A DNA stretch of 64,000 nt from positions 62,001 to 126,000 of the forward strand of contig RSEE01000143.1 of NCBI GenBank assembly GCA_003971905.1, written 5' to 3'. Both the position numbers and the translations under genes were made by a program. The notes beneath the pieces were generated by a model. It saw nothing but the letters and a program-made list of their open reading frames with translations. It had not been told where the DNA came from and searched no databases. Position 1 is the stretch's first letter, and every line of letters starts with the position of its first letter. The DNA is from Moniliella sp. 'wahieum'. Its lineage: Eukaryota. Positions 10,995-23,207 of the stretch are shown here, piece after piece.

Positions 10995-13900
10995 TTACGG
11001 GCTGGCAGCAGCAAACTCGACCAAGACGTCAATCACGTTGGTGGGGCAGTCGACGTGCCAATGGGCCATGGTCTTCTTGGTGGCTGGACCGACGGTGACC
11101 GTGTAGAGGCTGAACGAGGGAGAGTGGGAGAGTGAAGAGGTTCGAAGAAAGCAAAATGGGACTAACAGTACCGTGGTGCGAGCCCGGTCCACGAGCGGGG
11201 TAACTGCGTGCTACCGCCGTCTCCCATACGTGCGGAGCCAAGTCCTCTCCTCTCAGTTCGTGGGTAGTCTCGTTCCCCTCGTCCCATACGTCCACCTCAT
11301 CTTGAATCATGTTCTCCATCGTCTCTTCTTCGCTGTCGTCCCTAGGATCCAGGCGGTCCAGGCCGAGGGGGTTGGGCGCATCCGTTCTGTCCTCGTAGAA
11401 GCAACAGGGCGCATCTGTCTCGTCCCCAAGCTCGCGTCGTCCTTCGGACGGCGACACAGAGGGACTGCGTGGCCGACTGGTGAGATCAAGGGAGGAAAAT
11501 GCGTGGTGTAAGCTTTCCCCGGCTCGGTTGACGGCCATCAGTGCACGAAACATATCTTCGTCCGTCTTGTCGTCCCCGGCACAGAAAACGAACTGAGCAG
11601 AGGGATGAGCGGCCAGAATGCGCTTGACAATCTCCCCCTTGTTCACCGCCAACGGACGAACCTCGAGGTTTTTCTTGCCAACCATCACCTCGATGGGTAA
11701 ACTGTGGGCATCCAGCAAGTTTTCCAGGTGCGCTTGACACTCTTTTGCTTGAAACGAGCCAAAGTCCGGATCGGCATTCCGATAGTGCCACGTGATGGAA
11801 CTTTTCTTGTCCTCAATAGCTGAGCCCAACGTACGCTGGAAGAAGACAAGGACAGTGTTAGTATCTTTTCAGGTCCAACGCGATAGACCAACATCGAACA
11901 AACAGGTAATCATGACGATGTTGATGTGTGGGGAGACATGCATACCTCAGTGTAATACTCAAAGATGGCGCGAATGTCGTCTTTCCAAGAGAGATCAAAT
12001 TCGGTGGTACTGTTGATCCATGGCTCTCCTGCCCCAGGCTCTTTGACAAAGGAACCATGCTCAGCAGAAACCCAATGGTCGTCCAGATGACCCAAATGCT
12101 GGGTGAGGAAATGCTGATCGCGGCCGGAAATGATGAAAATCACATTGCGCGGATCGCCACTGAGTTGGGCCAACGTTTCAATCAAGCGCGGCGACGGCAA
12201 CGCCTTTTCCGGCACACGCACAATCGGCGTCAACGTCCCATCGTAATCCAACAAGATCAGCCGTTGACCACGTTGCCCCAAACACTCGCTACTGGCGCTC
12301 GCCTCCCCGGCTACCACCCAATCGGACTGGATCGCTTTCAGGTTCAACTCCGGGGTCAGATGCGAGGTTTGCTCCACGTGCAACAGGTGCACCATCTGAC
12401 GGATCAAAGTCGCGGCCCAGGTATGCGACGTGTGCAGTGTAACTTCGTCATAGGCGTGCCGGTGTCGCCACTCTTTCTCCTCTGAGCTGATGGTGAGCGC
12501 ATCGTTGATGGCCTTGGCCACTCCCCACGTGTTCCATGGGTTGACCTGGAACGCTGTGCGCAACCGACTTGCCGTCCCGGTAAACTCGGACAAAACAAGA
12601 GGTGATTTATTTCCGTACTGCTCTTGACAAACCACATATTCCATCGACGTCGTGTTCATTCCGTCCCGAACCGACGTGACCAGCGCCAAGTTGGCCACAC
12701 TCAGCAGAGCAAATATTCGTCCGATCAATAATCTGATGGTAGTGGTGGACTGGGCAAAGGACAAGGTGCCAAACTCAGAGTTGATTTGCGACACGAGCTC
12801 GCTCACTTCCCGCTCTAGCGCTGGGGAATCGTGCACGGCAGGAGAGGTGACTTGAATCAGAACCACGTTGCCCCTCCACTGGGGATACTCGTCGAGCAGT
12901 TTCTTGAATGCTTGCATCTTTTGCAGCACACCACGAACCACGTCCAGCTTGTCCCGACCGACGATGATTTTTTTGCCCTGGTACATCCGTCGGAAACCTT
13001 GGATCTTGGTCTCTACTCCGGCCGACAGAGCTTCTTTGGCGATCCGCGCCGCGTCCATGCCACCGGGTTGTAACTGATCGTAACTTGGCCATTGAGAGAT
13101 TCGACTGTATTGAACGAGACGTCGAAGCCGCAGCCACGGATACAGGAAGACAAAAAGTGACGCGAGTAGGAAAACGCTTGAAAGCACGCAAAGTCAGCCG
13201 AGCATCCCTTGCAGAATCTCCGTCCGCTTGGGCAGACAACGGAATACTTCGCTCGAGGGAAATGGCGCATGATAAAACGTAAGTGCGCATCCGGAACCAA
13301 CTGACGCAGCATCTTGGGCACCAGAAGTAGGTGGTAGTCGTGAACAATGATCATGTCGCCTGGCTGTACTCCTGCGCAATCGTTCTGCAAACACTTGATT
13401 CGTGCACATACGTGTCCCACAACGTCGAATCATCCCAGGTGGAAGCGTTGATCGGATTGACATCTTCCACAGCAATAGTGCAACAGAGGCCAGAGCAACC
13501 GTTTTGCAGTACCCCTCGTAAAAGCGTGGGCTACCTCCGAGTCCATCCAGACGGGTACGTATTTGATCCCATACGCCTCCTCGCCATCGAGGCGCTCCTG
13601 TTCTTCCAACTCTTCTTTTCTCTCTTCTTTGGCGGCGGAGGTGGCAGTGCGGAAACACTTGTACAACCGAGATGCAAGGAACGACTCGAGCCCAGTCTTG
13701 GTCTTGATGGAGCCGACGGGCTCCACTCCAGAGTTCTGCGGACTGGGGGATGAGGTGCCATGACCTGGACCAGGGGGCAAGTCCGAGCAGACCGATCCCA
13801 CCCGTTCCAGATCACTGAGAACCTTCTCGATCTGAGCCTTCTCGTCGTCAGACAGCTGCTGGGCCAATCCGGTGCGCAACTCAGCTTGCGACTTGGCCGC

Positions 13901-15458
13901 AAAGTCAATGTCGCCCGGCCAGCCAATGAAGGTTTGCTTATGCGTCAGACATAGGCTGCGTACTCCGCTGTGAATAGCTTTGTGTCCACGACGAGGTGAT
14001 AATACCCACTGTTGGGAGGGGAGCACGCCATCCATTGGCTCTTTGACCGTGTCAGTGGCTTTGTAGCCGGCTGCTACTGAGGCAGAAGAGGCATCCGTAG
14101 AGCACCGCAGCCCAGAGGAAGTGGCGGGGGGGCATTGGCTTGCCTCCACTTCAGTGCACAAGTCGGTGGGAGGAACCCGTGCGTCCTGCCTATCTCCCGT
14201 CCCGCCACAAGATAAATGGGAAGAGCCGGGATCAACCTGGTCCAAGCTCTCGGGGGTATCTAGTGGCGTAAACCGGTCCTTGAGTTCATCCGCTTGTACC
14301 CCCGACTCGTCATCATCCATCATTGGAGGTTCCATCCAAGCCCGGCGGCCGGCATGGGCCTTGGCCCGTTCCTGGTTCTGACCCAACAGAGCATACATAT
14401 CTTGCCCCTCAAAACCATGAAGCGCCGTGTGCATGTCGGCCGCCCCGTCGCTCTTGTCCTTATTGAGTGCGATCAGGCCGAGCCCCGACTCAGATCTCCT
14501 TACAGGCATGTCGGTCAGACCTGCTTGAGCGCATCCATTGACCGCGCTCAGCCCCCCCGCTCGATGGGCCTCGGTATCGGAAGACAGAGTAGCTACACTC
14601 CTGCGGCCTCCGTCGCGCTGTGCCGGGACCCGGTCCGATTCCCCCGGCACCGGCATGCACAACGAAAGGGATGAAATGGCTGACGTGAATGATGCGCCCC
14701 GAGAGCGATGGATGGTCGGTCTGACTAGAGTAAGCTTGTTCCAGCTCGGCGAGCGAGGCACGGATCTGACTGATCGTCTCAAACTGCGGCCCGTCCGCAT
14801 CGTCAGCAGGGAAAAAGGGAGACACATCAACCCCCTGTGCTAGACTTTCTACACTGCTCCGGTGCCCACGGCTTGCCATGCTGGCTCGGCTGGCGCCCCA
14901 GGCAGACGGCAGAAGCGGCGGTGCAGAGGCAGCGGGAGACGCAAGTAGGCTCGAGGTTGCCTGCGAATCTTGCGGCCACGCCAGCGGCGCAACAGGCTCG
15001 TCCGTCAGGGTAGGCGAGGGCGGCGGGACCGGTGTTTGAGCATCGGGCAGAGCGGCGATGGATGGGGGGATAAGCGAACTCTGGGGCGCATGGTGGGAGC
15101 CATGTGTGTGATGCGATGGACCCTGGGGATGGAGGGGCTGGGGTTGCTGTTGGGACTGGGATTGGAATTGGAATTGGGACTGGGACTGGGACTGCCTTCG
15201 GGTGCGGTGCGAGCGGCCCTCGCCCCCAGTTCTGGTAGGGGAAGAGAGGCCAGGAGACGGGAGAGGCAATGATTGTTTGGCCATGCGGAGGATGTGGCCA
15301 GGCGCCGGCGGGAAGAGCTGGGGCTCCTCGGCGTACACTCCTGGCGCCAGCAATGATGTTCCGCTGCTGTGCTTGGCCTGGGCACTGGGCACCAGCAGGA
15401 GGGGTGGGATGGCATGGGAGGGGAGGGGGTGGTGGGGGCGGAGGGGAGGAGAAGAAGA

Positions 15459-15490
<32 letters not shown>

Positions 15491-15494
15491 CCAT
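10995..15494 (-). CDS. TPS2: Trehalose-6-phosphate phosphatase/synthase (GT20 + HAD phosphatase), Tps2-like; frameshifted
   Basis: GRIIHVSHFIPF, FIGWPGD, YEGYCK, HDYHLLLVPKMLR, HAPFPSSEVFRCLP, IVGRDKLDVVRG, TSVRDGMNTTSMEY, HAD motif LILLDYDGTLTPI, KKNLEVRP and FCAGDDKTDEDMF. The start is uncertain (15494 or 15284). Confidence 0.9.
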
Positions 15495-16436
15495 CGCAAA
15501 CTGCGCTGGGCCGAATAGCCAAAGCTCGTTTAGCAGGCTGCCAGAGCGCGTCAGGAGGCCTGTCGGCGGAGCGCCCAAAGTACAACACTGCAGCCACATG
15601 CAATGGGCCAGTGTGCAAGCACCGCGCGTGCATCGCTGCCCCCGTGCCCGTCCCCCCTGCCCCTGCAGCCTGGGCGCATGGCTGCCCCTGGCTCTCACAC
15701 CTCCCACCCATCATGCATCACCCTGCCCCCCACACGTGCGCACTGCGGCTGGTATATGTGGGCACACGCGGCAGCTAGAGCCCGCACCCCCTCCAGATTC
15801 CCTCCTACTCGCACCATCCTTTGCCGCCGCAACCGCTCCAGTGGGTAAGGTCACGGTGACCGTTGGCCACATCAGACCTACCATACAGCCACGCCCGTGC
15901 CATGCCTTGTCTATTAACACCCAACACGGCATCCCATCCAGCGAGGCTGGTCCTCTCACGAGCTCTTTCTCGCTGTTGTTGTTCTTCCAAAATCCTCCCT
16001 CCGTGTGCGTATATCTGGGCTCGACGGTCCCCAGCCCAGTCTCAGCTAGTAGCCATATACCCCAAAATGAGACCACCATTCCGTTGGACTATACGCGCAG
16101 GTTTACATTCTTCAAGTTGATGTGCAATGCTGTGAATATTGAATCCAGATGGCACTCTGAAACGTCATTGTAGCTTGAAGCTTGAAGCTTGAATCTTGAT
16201 ATGGTCTCGCGGTCGAATCTGTTGCTAGTTTTATACACGCCGACGCAGCCAATAAGGGCCCATTTACCCCACATTATTCTCTCCCGAGGGTGAAACCCAA
16301 GGCGGGAGTGAAATTTTATTGGGGCACACGCCCCACCTTCCGGCAAAGCAACCAACATTGCTGCCGGCCGAGCTGGCTCGAATAGCCTTCGCAGCCCAAC
16401 CATATCTCTCGCATCCCCCGTTCCTCGTCCGCCAGC

Positions 16437-17393
16437 ATGCCGCCGCTCTTTCTCTCCCGTGCTTCGGCTCCCCAACAGATGCGCCTCTTCGCCTCCGCAC
16501 CACTCCGCTCGTTTGCTTCTGCGCCTACGTCTCCCCGTCCCCCCCCTTCCTCACCCCGGCGTCGAGTCGGGGCCACCAGCGTGCTTGCGGCTGGTGGCGC
16601 CCTTGCGCTGGGATATGTGCTGGGCGCCTTGTACCCTCCCGATGTAGCTAAGCTTGCATCTCCCCGTACTGCGCCTCCCCGTCCCCCGGCCGACTCGGAA
16701 GAAGGCTTAGCGATCAGCCGGCAGGTTGAAGCTGATCTTCATGCTCTGGCGCTCGTCAAAAACTTGCAAAGCCGCACTTCCCTGCCGCAGGAGCGCGACG
16801 AAGATGGGGATGTGGTAGTGGCGGATACAGCAGAGGGCGGACAGAAAGCGGCCAATGCTCATTATCGCCTAACCCGTCCGTACGCAAAGTACCCCGAGGA
16901 GAGACGGCGGCACAATTTGACAGCAGGCACCCTTCGTGGACCTGGGCTCTTGGCTGCCCCACCCATCGTTCTCACCAAAACTGAACATGGCGCCGCTATG
17001 GAAGGTGGACACGCAGGGGACTCAACCATCTTGCTGCACGTGGGCCGTTCTTTGTGTGGACATGACGGCGTTGTTCATGGTGGTCTGCTTGCCACACTGT
17101 TTGATGAGGGCATGGCCCGCTCCGCATTCCATGTCCTGCCCGCTCACATTGGCGTAACAGCCAATCTTCAAGTCAACTATCGCTCACCTACATTTGCAAA
17201 TCAGAACATTGTGCTCCAAACATACATCCAACAAGCCAAAGGACGCAAGGCGGTCGTTACTGCTACACTGTCTACCATTGACGGACGGCTTTTGGCCGAA
17301 GCGGAAGGCGTATTCGTTCAACCCAAAATGGCATCGTTCCTCAACACGAGCCTGATCCAGGAAATCCTGGAATTGGAACCTAATTCGTCATAG
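16437..17393 (+). CDS. Mitochondria-targeted hotdog-fold (PaaI/THEM4-like) thioesterase
   Basis: Intact ORF with a presequence, a TM segment and HVGRSLCGHDGVVHGGLLATLFDEGMAR...GVTANLQVNYRSPT. Confidence 0.85.
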   Translation: MPPLFLSRASAPQQMRLFASAPLRSFASAPTSPRPPPSSPRRRVGATSVLAAGGALALGYVLGALYPPDVAKLASPRTAPPRPPADSEEGLAISRQVEADLHALALVKNLQSRTSLPQERDEDGDVVVADTAEGGQKAANAHYRLTRPYAKYPEERRRHNLTAGTLRGPGLLAAPPIVLTKTEHGAAMEGGHAGDSTILLHVGRSLCGHDGVVHGGLLATLFDEGMARSAFHVLPAHIGVTANLQVNYRSPTFANQNIVLQTYIQQAKGRKAVVTATLSTIDGRLLAEAEGVFVQPKMASFLNTSLIQEILELEPNSS

Positions 17394-17448
17394 GGACCTA
17401 TTGGGGCGGGCATGTGCGCTCCCGACCTAGGTCAAGGCGCCTTTACTG

Positions 17449-17492
17449 TGATCACTTTTTGGTCCCCTCTTGATCACTTTTTGGTCCCCTCT
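17449..17492. repeat. Perfect 22-bp tandem duplication (TGATCACTTTTTGGTCCCCTCT x2) downstream of the thioesterase
   Basis: Seen directly. Confidence 0.9.
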
Positions 17493-18334
17493 TTGATCTC
17501 CAGAACAAACAGTCTACTTATACGCTACACACACTGGCTTGTTATGACTTACATATGCGTCTCCTCTGGCAGGTGTAGCATGAAGCTACTAATGCACAGC
17601 CCATGCTCTCATGGGCGCTGACGCTGTATTAGTCGGGCGCAGCAGGAAGGGTTCTGCCTAAGACTGGACGCAATGGGCACAAAGCATCGTACCGATGAGC
17701 CCATGCGACCATGGCGGGCCGCGGATGGTATCCGCAGCATGGATAAGGTGTCGACTGGCTCTCTCTCGCTAGCCTCACAGGGCTGACGCGTGTTGCGCTG
17801 AGATATCTACAACATGCGGGGCTCAGCGTCCGAAGATAACCGGAGCGCCCCGTAACAGAGAGGGAGCGTGGTGGGGAGCAGTAGGGTCAGGCGCACGGAT
17901 TACCGACTGATGAGACTGGGTGCCATTGGGAGGATCCTCGCCGATCGATCATCGATCATCGATCAGGGAGGGAGGTGGATCAGGTGGATCAGGGGGTGGA
18001 TCACACTGAGAACGATGGATGACTCGGGGATCTGTTAGGCAGGCAACCTCCGAGGTCCGGAGGCTCAGGCCGGAGGAGGGCCGTGCGAGGAACCCTAACC
18101 CTACCCGCTCCCACCGTGGGGCTGGCTGCCGAGTTGAGATCTGACCGGTGACTCATCTGCCGCGCCGGATTCCGATCAGTTAAAGACCCTGCCTCCTCTT
18201 GCGCATTGCCTCCTGTATCCCTCTCCTCTGCACCACATCCTGCACTCTCCTCCCTCCTTCAGCAGGACCCAACAAGAAGCGCCTCGGGCTGCTAGAAGAG
18301 GACTGGTGCTGATTCGGAATCCCCTGCTACCACA

Positions 18335-19312
18335 ATGACGACCTCTGTGTGTGTGTTTTGCGGCTCGTCGCCGGGAAACAAGGATGTCTACGTCCAGGTG
18401 GGCCGGGCGGTCGGGTCTGCCTTGGCCCAGCGCACCATGCGCCTCGTATATGGTGGGGGACACAAGGGAATGTACGCAGAATGCTGCCGGGTGCGGGGGG
18501 TGGATCTATGATCGATGGGTGTGAATACGCAGGCGGAGGCGGAGGCGAATGCTAACCTGTTCTGACTTGACTGGGCAGTATGGGCGCAGTTGCAGCGGGA
18601 GCAACGGCCAAGTCAGGCAAGATCCTGGGCATTGTCCCGGACGCCATGCTTGCCAGCCCTCCCAAGGGACATCCGGATCCTAACCCCCTCGGTGCCCGCG
18701 CTGGTCCTACCACCCCCGCGTCCACCTCAGCCGAGGGGACCGGCAAAACCCTGCTCGATACGTCCAACTCAAGCGCTCTTGTTGAAACCATTTTGGTGGA
18801 TTCGATGCACACGCGCAAGCTCCGCATGGCCGAAGAGTCCAACGCCTTTATTGTTCTCCCGGGCGGTTTCGGCACGTTCGAAGAAGCTTTGGAGATGATC
18901 ACTTGGAATCAAATTGGCCTTCACAAGAAGGTACGTGCAGTGTTCAATTGCCTTTCACTATTGACTTTGGACACCTTGCGTGTCTTCCCTAGAACCAAGG
19001 CCTTTGGGGAAAGACATTGTGGACTAACATTGTGGATGTACTTGCTTTGCCTAGCCCGTGATCGTGGTCAATGTCGAGGGCTTCTTTGACCCCTTGGCGG
19101 CCCTGGTCAAGACTGGCATTGAACAGGGGTTCATCCCTCCTAGCAGTGCCAGCATTGTTCGCTTTGTGACTTCTGCCCCTGGCGACACGCCTGAGCAGTT
19201 GGCACAGGATGCCATCAAGGCCGTAACCAACTTGCTCGAGCAGATTCGGTATTGGGACGGAGGCTATTGGTCGTGGCAATCCAAAGACCAGACTAAGGCC
19301 AAGAAGGCGTGA
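18335..19312 (+). CDS. LOG1: LOG family nucleotide phosphoribohydrolase (cytokinin-activating/lysine decarboxylase-like)
   Basis: SVCVFCGSSPG, RLVYGGG, DSMHTRK, signature LPGGFGTFEEALEMITWNQIGLHKK and PVIVVNVEGFFDPL. Introns at about 18472-18578 and 18931-19055. Confidence 0.9.
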
Positions 19313-19996
19313 AGTTCCCCCCGCTGGAGGGAAGAGTGGGTTGGGGGGTAAGTCAGTATGATTGCTGGTGGCGCATGGCCACGTTGCACACCTCTTCCCA
19401 AGACCAACAGGAAACCTTGGCGAGGTTCGAAGATCCTCCCGAGATACTTGGTAAACTGTCGAACCAGAAGGCCGGCGGCATGTTACGCATCCCTCTCTTT
19501 CCCTTTTCAAAGTGAACACGCCTGGCGTTGCATACATCCCATCCCATCGTTCTCATAGTGTAGTAGTTTGCCTGTAACTGTGGGTTGTGCCATGTGTTGG
19601 GCGCAAGCACGGGCCACTTTCATATACACACAGCGCATCTTCTGCTTCTTGGCGCTAGCAGCCCTCCCCCCCCTTCTCTCTTTCTCCACCCTTGCGCTCG
19701 GGAAGTTTGTCTCCTCACCGCCGCCGCGCTCTTCGCTCCACCTGTAACCTCGTTCCTGCGTCTTGCTACCGTTGCTCCCGCTGAACTCGCCCTCGAGCAT
19801 ATAGAGATTGCCCCCAACAGTGGTCTGGGTAATGCCCACGGCGCAACTGGACTAGGGTTCAAGGATTGTTGGAAAGCAAATGAAGCACATCTGGTAACCC
19901 TACTGCGCCACTTGTGCTGCTAATAAATCTTGAAGCTTGAAGCCTTACAGTTCAAGCCGGGAAGCTGCGCATGCTGTGCCCCCGCCTTCGACGGCG

Positions 19997-22049
19997 ATGC
20001 TGGCGATGGGCCATGGGAGCTGGCGGTGGTTTGCGCAGCCACCCCCCCGTTTCTGTCAGGCTGCTCGCCGCATCTGCACCACTGCGCTAACCAGCCATGC
20101 TTCGACTCCATACCCCATCACGCTACACACCCCGGCCGACATTGCGCGCGACTGGGGCGTCAGCCTAGCCTCGAACGAGCTTGCCTACTGCGAAGGAAGC
20201 AGCTTTGTCGTCTTTCCGTCTCTTCACCCCGGAGCAGGATCCAGCGCTGGTACCCCCCAGGCCACACCTTTGAGCCACCAACGTTTCTCAATCCAATCCA
20301 AGAGTTCAACCGCGATCTATCGGTCTGTGCCATCCGGGCTTGGTGGCAGGACGCTCAGGCTGAGGCGGACCTACGAGCGATCCGGCGCGACAGGAGAGAT
20401 GGTGCAAAGGACAGGCCAGGTGGGTGTGCTGATGATCCTGCAGTGCCTTCGTTTTCGGTTTTGGAAGCGTTTGCCGCGACGGGCTGCGCAGTATTCGGTA
20501 TGCGAAGGAACTCGACGGTGTTCGCTCCATCTTGGCCAACGATCTCTCTTCCTCGGCTGTGGCGGCGATGCGAAGAAATGTGGGACTCAACTTTGCTTCT
20601 TCTCCTTCGCCCATTCAGATTACCGAGGAGGACGCGATGAGCCTGCTGTATGCTCATCGAACCCAGAAAATGGGGCGGTTTGACGTGGTGGATCTGGACC
20701 CCTATGGCAGCTGCTCCATCTTTCTTGATGCGGCACTTCAAGCTGTTGCCGACGGAGGGCTGCTTTGCATCACCTCAACCGACATGGCCATCTTGGCGGG
20801 GGCCGAGTTCCCTGAAAAGACGGTGAGTCAGTATGGCGGGGTGAACGCGCCGTGCGAGCATAATGGCGAACTGGCACTCCGATTGCTCTTGCATGCCATC
20901 ACCTCTGCCGCGGCCAAATACGGCCGCTCGGTTGAGCCTTTGCTCTCGCTCACGATTGACTTTTACGCACGCGTGTTTGTGCGTGTGCATAGCTCGGTGG
21001 CGCAGTCCAAGTACGTTGCCGCCCAGACCGCAGTGGGATGGACGTGCCATTCTTGTGGTCACCACGCACATCTCCCTCTCGTTCGAGTCCGTCCTGGTCC
21101 GCCAACCAAATCTGGACAGCGCCAAGTCCGCTTCGGAGCTGGTACCCGTCCCCCCGTCGGATCGCATTGCGATCAATGCGGAGGTAATTATCTCCTCTCC
21201 GGACCGTTTTGGACGGGGCCACTGCATGATGCTAGGTTTTGTCGACACCTGGTGCGTGAGGCGGTCACACGCCAGAACCGTCTCAACACCGCTGCTCGCA
21301 TTATCGGCATGGTTACGACCGCCGGCGATGAGTTGGGTACCTCGAACCATCGCGATGACAGCAGCCAGGGGCAGGGCCAGGGACAGTCGTTATCCGTTCC
21401 TCCTGGCACTGCAGCCTCGTTTCGTCCTGGTGAGCAGGTCGACCGGTTCGGATGCTTGACCATCTCGTCTGAGCGCAGCTTGTTTTACTTTACCACCACC
21501 AGCTTGATCGCTGCTGCGTTTCACGGACCAGTGGCTCCTCTGAGCGTGTTTGTCAATGCCCTGCTGCATGCAGGCTACGACGTAAGCCGATCCCATTGTG
21601 AGACCAACGCACTCAAGACCAATGCAAGCTACGCCCAAGTGTTGGATCTGTACCGTTTCTGGCTTCGCCACAAGCAGGACCAACAACAAGCCAACGAGGG
21701 TCTTAGCTCTCCTGGCTCTCTCGTAGGCAGGATGATTGAGCCGGGAAAGGGGGCGCGGGGCCAATCTGCACGAGGCCCCGCCTCACGACTCAGTGCGGTT
21801 CCCATCCAACGACACTGGTCTCTTGATGCCCATCCTGCCACGAACCAAATCTTGGCCCCGGCCTTACCCACGGGGCCGGGCGCTCCCGTCCTCGAGCAGA
21901 GGGAGGGGGATTCCGACACAAAAATGGGCACCAAGCTGGCAGCTCCTAGCATGGTGCGGTACCAAATCAACCCCAAAAACTGGGGAGCTGCCAAGGCGGC
22001 CAAGGTGGCGCGCAGCAGCAACCTGCCAACAACGCCCAACCAACACTAG
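19997..22049 (+). CDS. TRM1: tRNA (guanine26-N2)-dimethyltransferase; frameshifted in the 5' part
   Basis: FLNPIQEFNRDLSVCAI, LEAFAATG, ANDLSSSAV, FDVVDLDPYGS, GGLLCITSTDMAILAG, PLLSLTIDFYARVFVRV, Zn-finger Cys pairs, and a RYQINPKNWG C-terminus. Confidence 0.9.
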
Positions 22050-22556
22050 GCAACGGTAGCTATAAACCACACCCACACCAACATCACAGTAGTTTTCCCC
22101 GTGCTAGTCAACACGAGGGCAATGACGACCACTAAGAAGCGGAGGAGTGGCTTGGCATAGCACTGGTCCTACGATGGGATGGGGCGGTGGAGAGATGGAT
22201 GGGTGGCAAACGAGTTGAGCGGAGTGGTTGAATGGGCGCTCCAGTGTGGGGCTGGCTTATGGACGGCGGGGCAAACAGTGGGCAAACAGCGCTCGCTGCC
22301 TGCGTCACGCGTCACATGTCACACCTTCATTAACTCAGGACCTCAGCGTACCTCGCCGAGGGCAGGATTGCGCACTCCATCTCAAGCCGGGGCCGCCGCA
22401 AATAATGAATCCGGATCGGTCGGCGCAATCAAATAATTTCCATCGCAACCCTACGACCTCACTATCGGAGTAACCCTACTCCTGTCCGAGCCACCAACCT
22501 CGGGGCTGCTGGGCGTGCAGCAGCCTCCCCCCAGCCAAGCCAACCACTACCCAGCC

Positions 22557-23207
22557 ATGTAAGTGCCTCACTCTTGGTCTCACTCTTCGAAACGGAGGCG
22601 GGGCGCGATGCGTGGGGATGGGCATGACGGGATAGGCATCTTGTCCTTGTTTGTGTTCTTTCCCCCGCCCCCCGGCTGGATGGGACGCCTGCTCGGATGC
22701 GCCCCCCTCAAGAGGGACAGGAATGGTGGTGCTGATCCAGAACCCGTGTGATGCAGGGACTCGTACGACGCTGCTGAGGCGGCTGCGCTCAAAGCCCGCC
22801 GGACGTTCAAGAAATCCTACTACCGCGGGATTGAGCTGTCCAAGTTGCTCGATCTGAGCAACGAGGAGTTTATGGGCATTGTGCACGCCCGTGCTCGTCG
22901 TCGCTTCCAGCGTGGCCTGAAGCGTAAGCCCATGGGCCTCATCAAGAAGCTGCGCAAGGCGAAGCAGGAGGCCCCTCCCAACGAGAAGCCCGCGCTCGTC
23001 AAGACCCACCTTCGTAACATGATTGTCGTGCCTGAGATGATTGGCTCGGTCATTGGCATTTACACCGGCAAGGTGTTTGCCACGGTGGAGATCAAGCCCG
23101 AGATGGTGGCCCACTACCTTGGCGAGTTTGCTATGACCTACTTGCCCTCCGCCCACGGACGGCCTGGTCTCGGTGCCCAGGCAGGCCGGTTCATTCCTCT
23201 CAAGTAA
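22557..23207 (+). CDS. RPS15: 40S ribosomal protein S15 (uS19)
   Basis: [18 protein letters not shown]...[12 protein letters not shown]...[25 protein letters not shown]...[14 protein letters not shown]...RFIPLK. The intron 22559-22756 splits the ATG. Confidence 0.97.

Noticed and set aside
18091..18103. Telomere (CCCTAA)n
   Set aside because: Only two units, at an internal position; at most a factor-binding site.
22559..22756. snoRNA in the RPS15 intron
   Set aside because: No canonical box C (RTGATGA); the CTGA present is the branch site.
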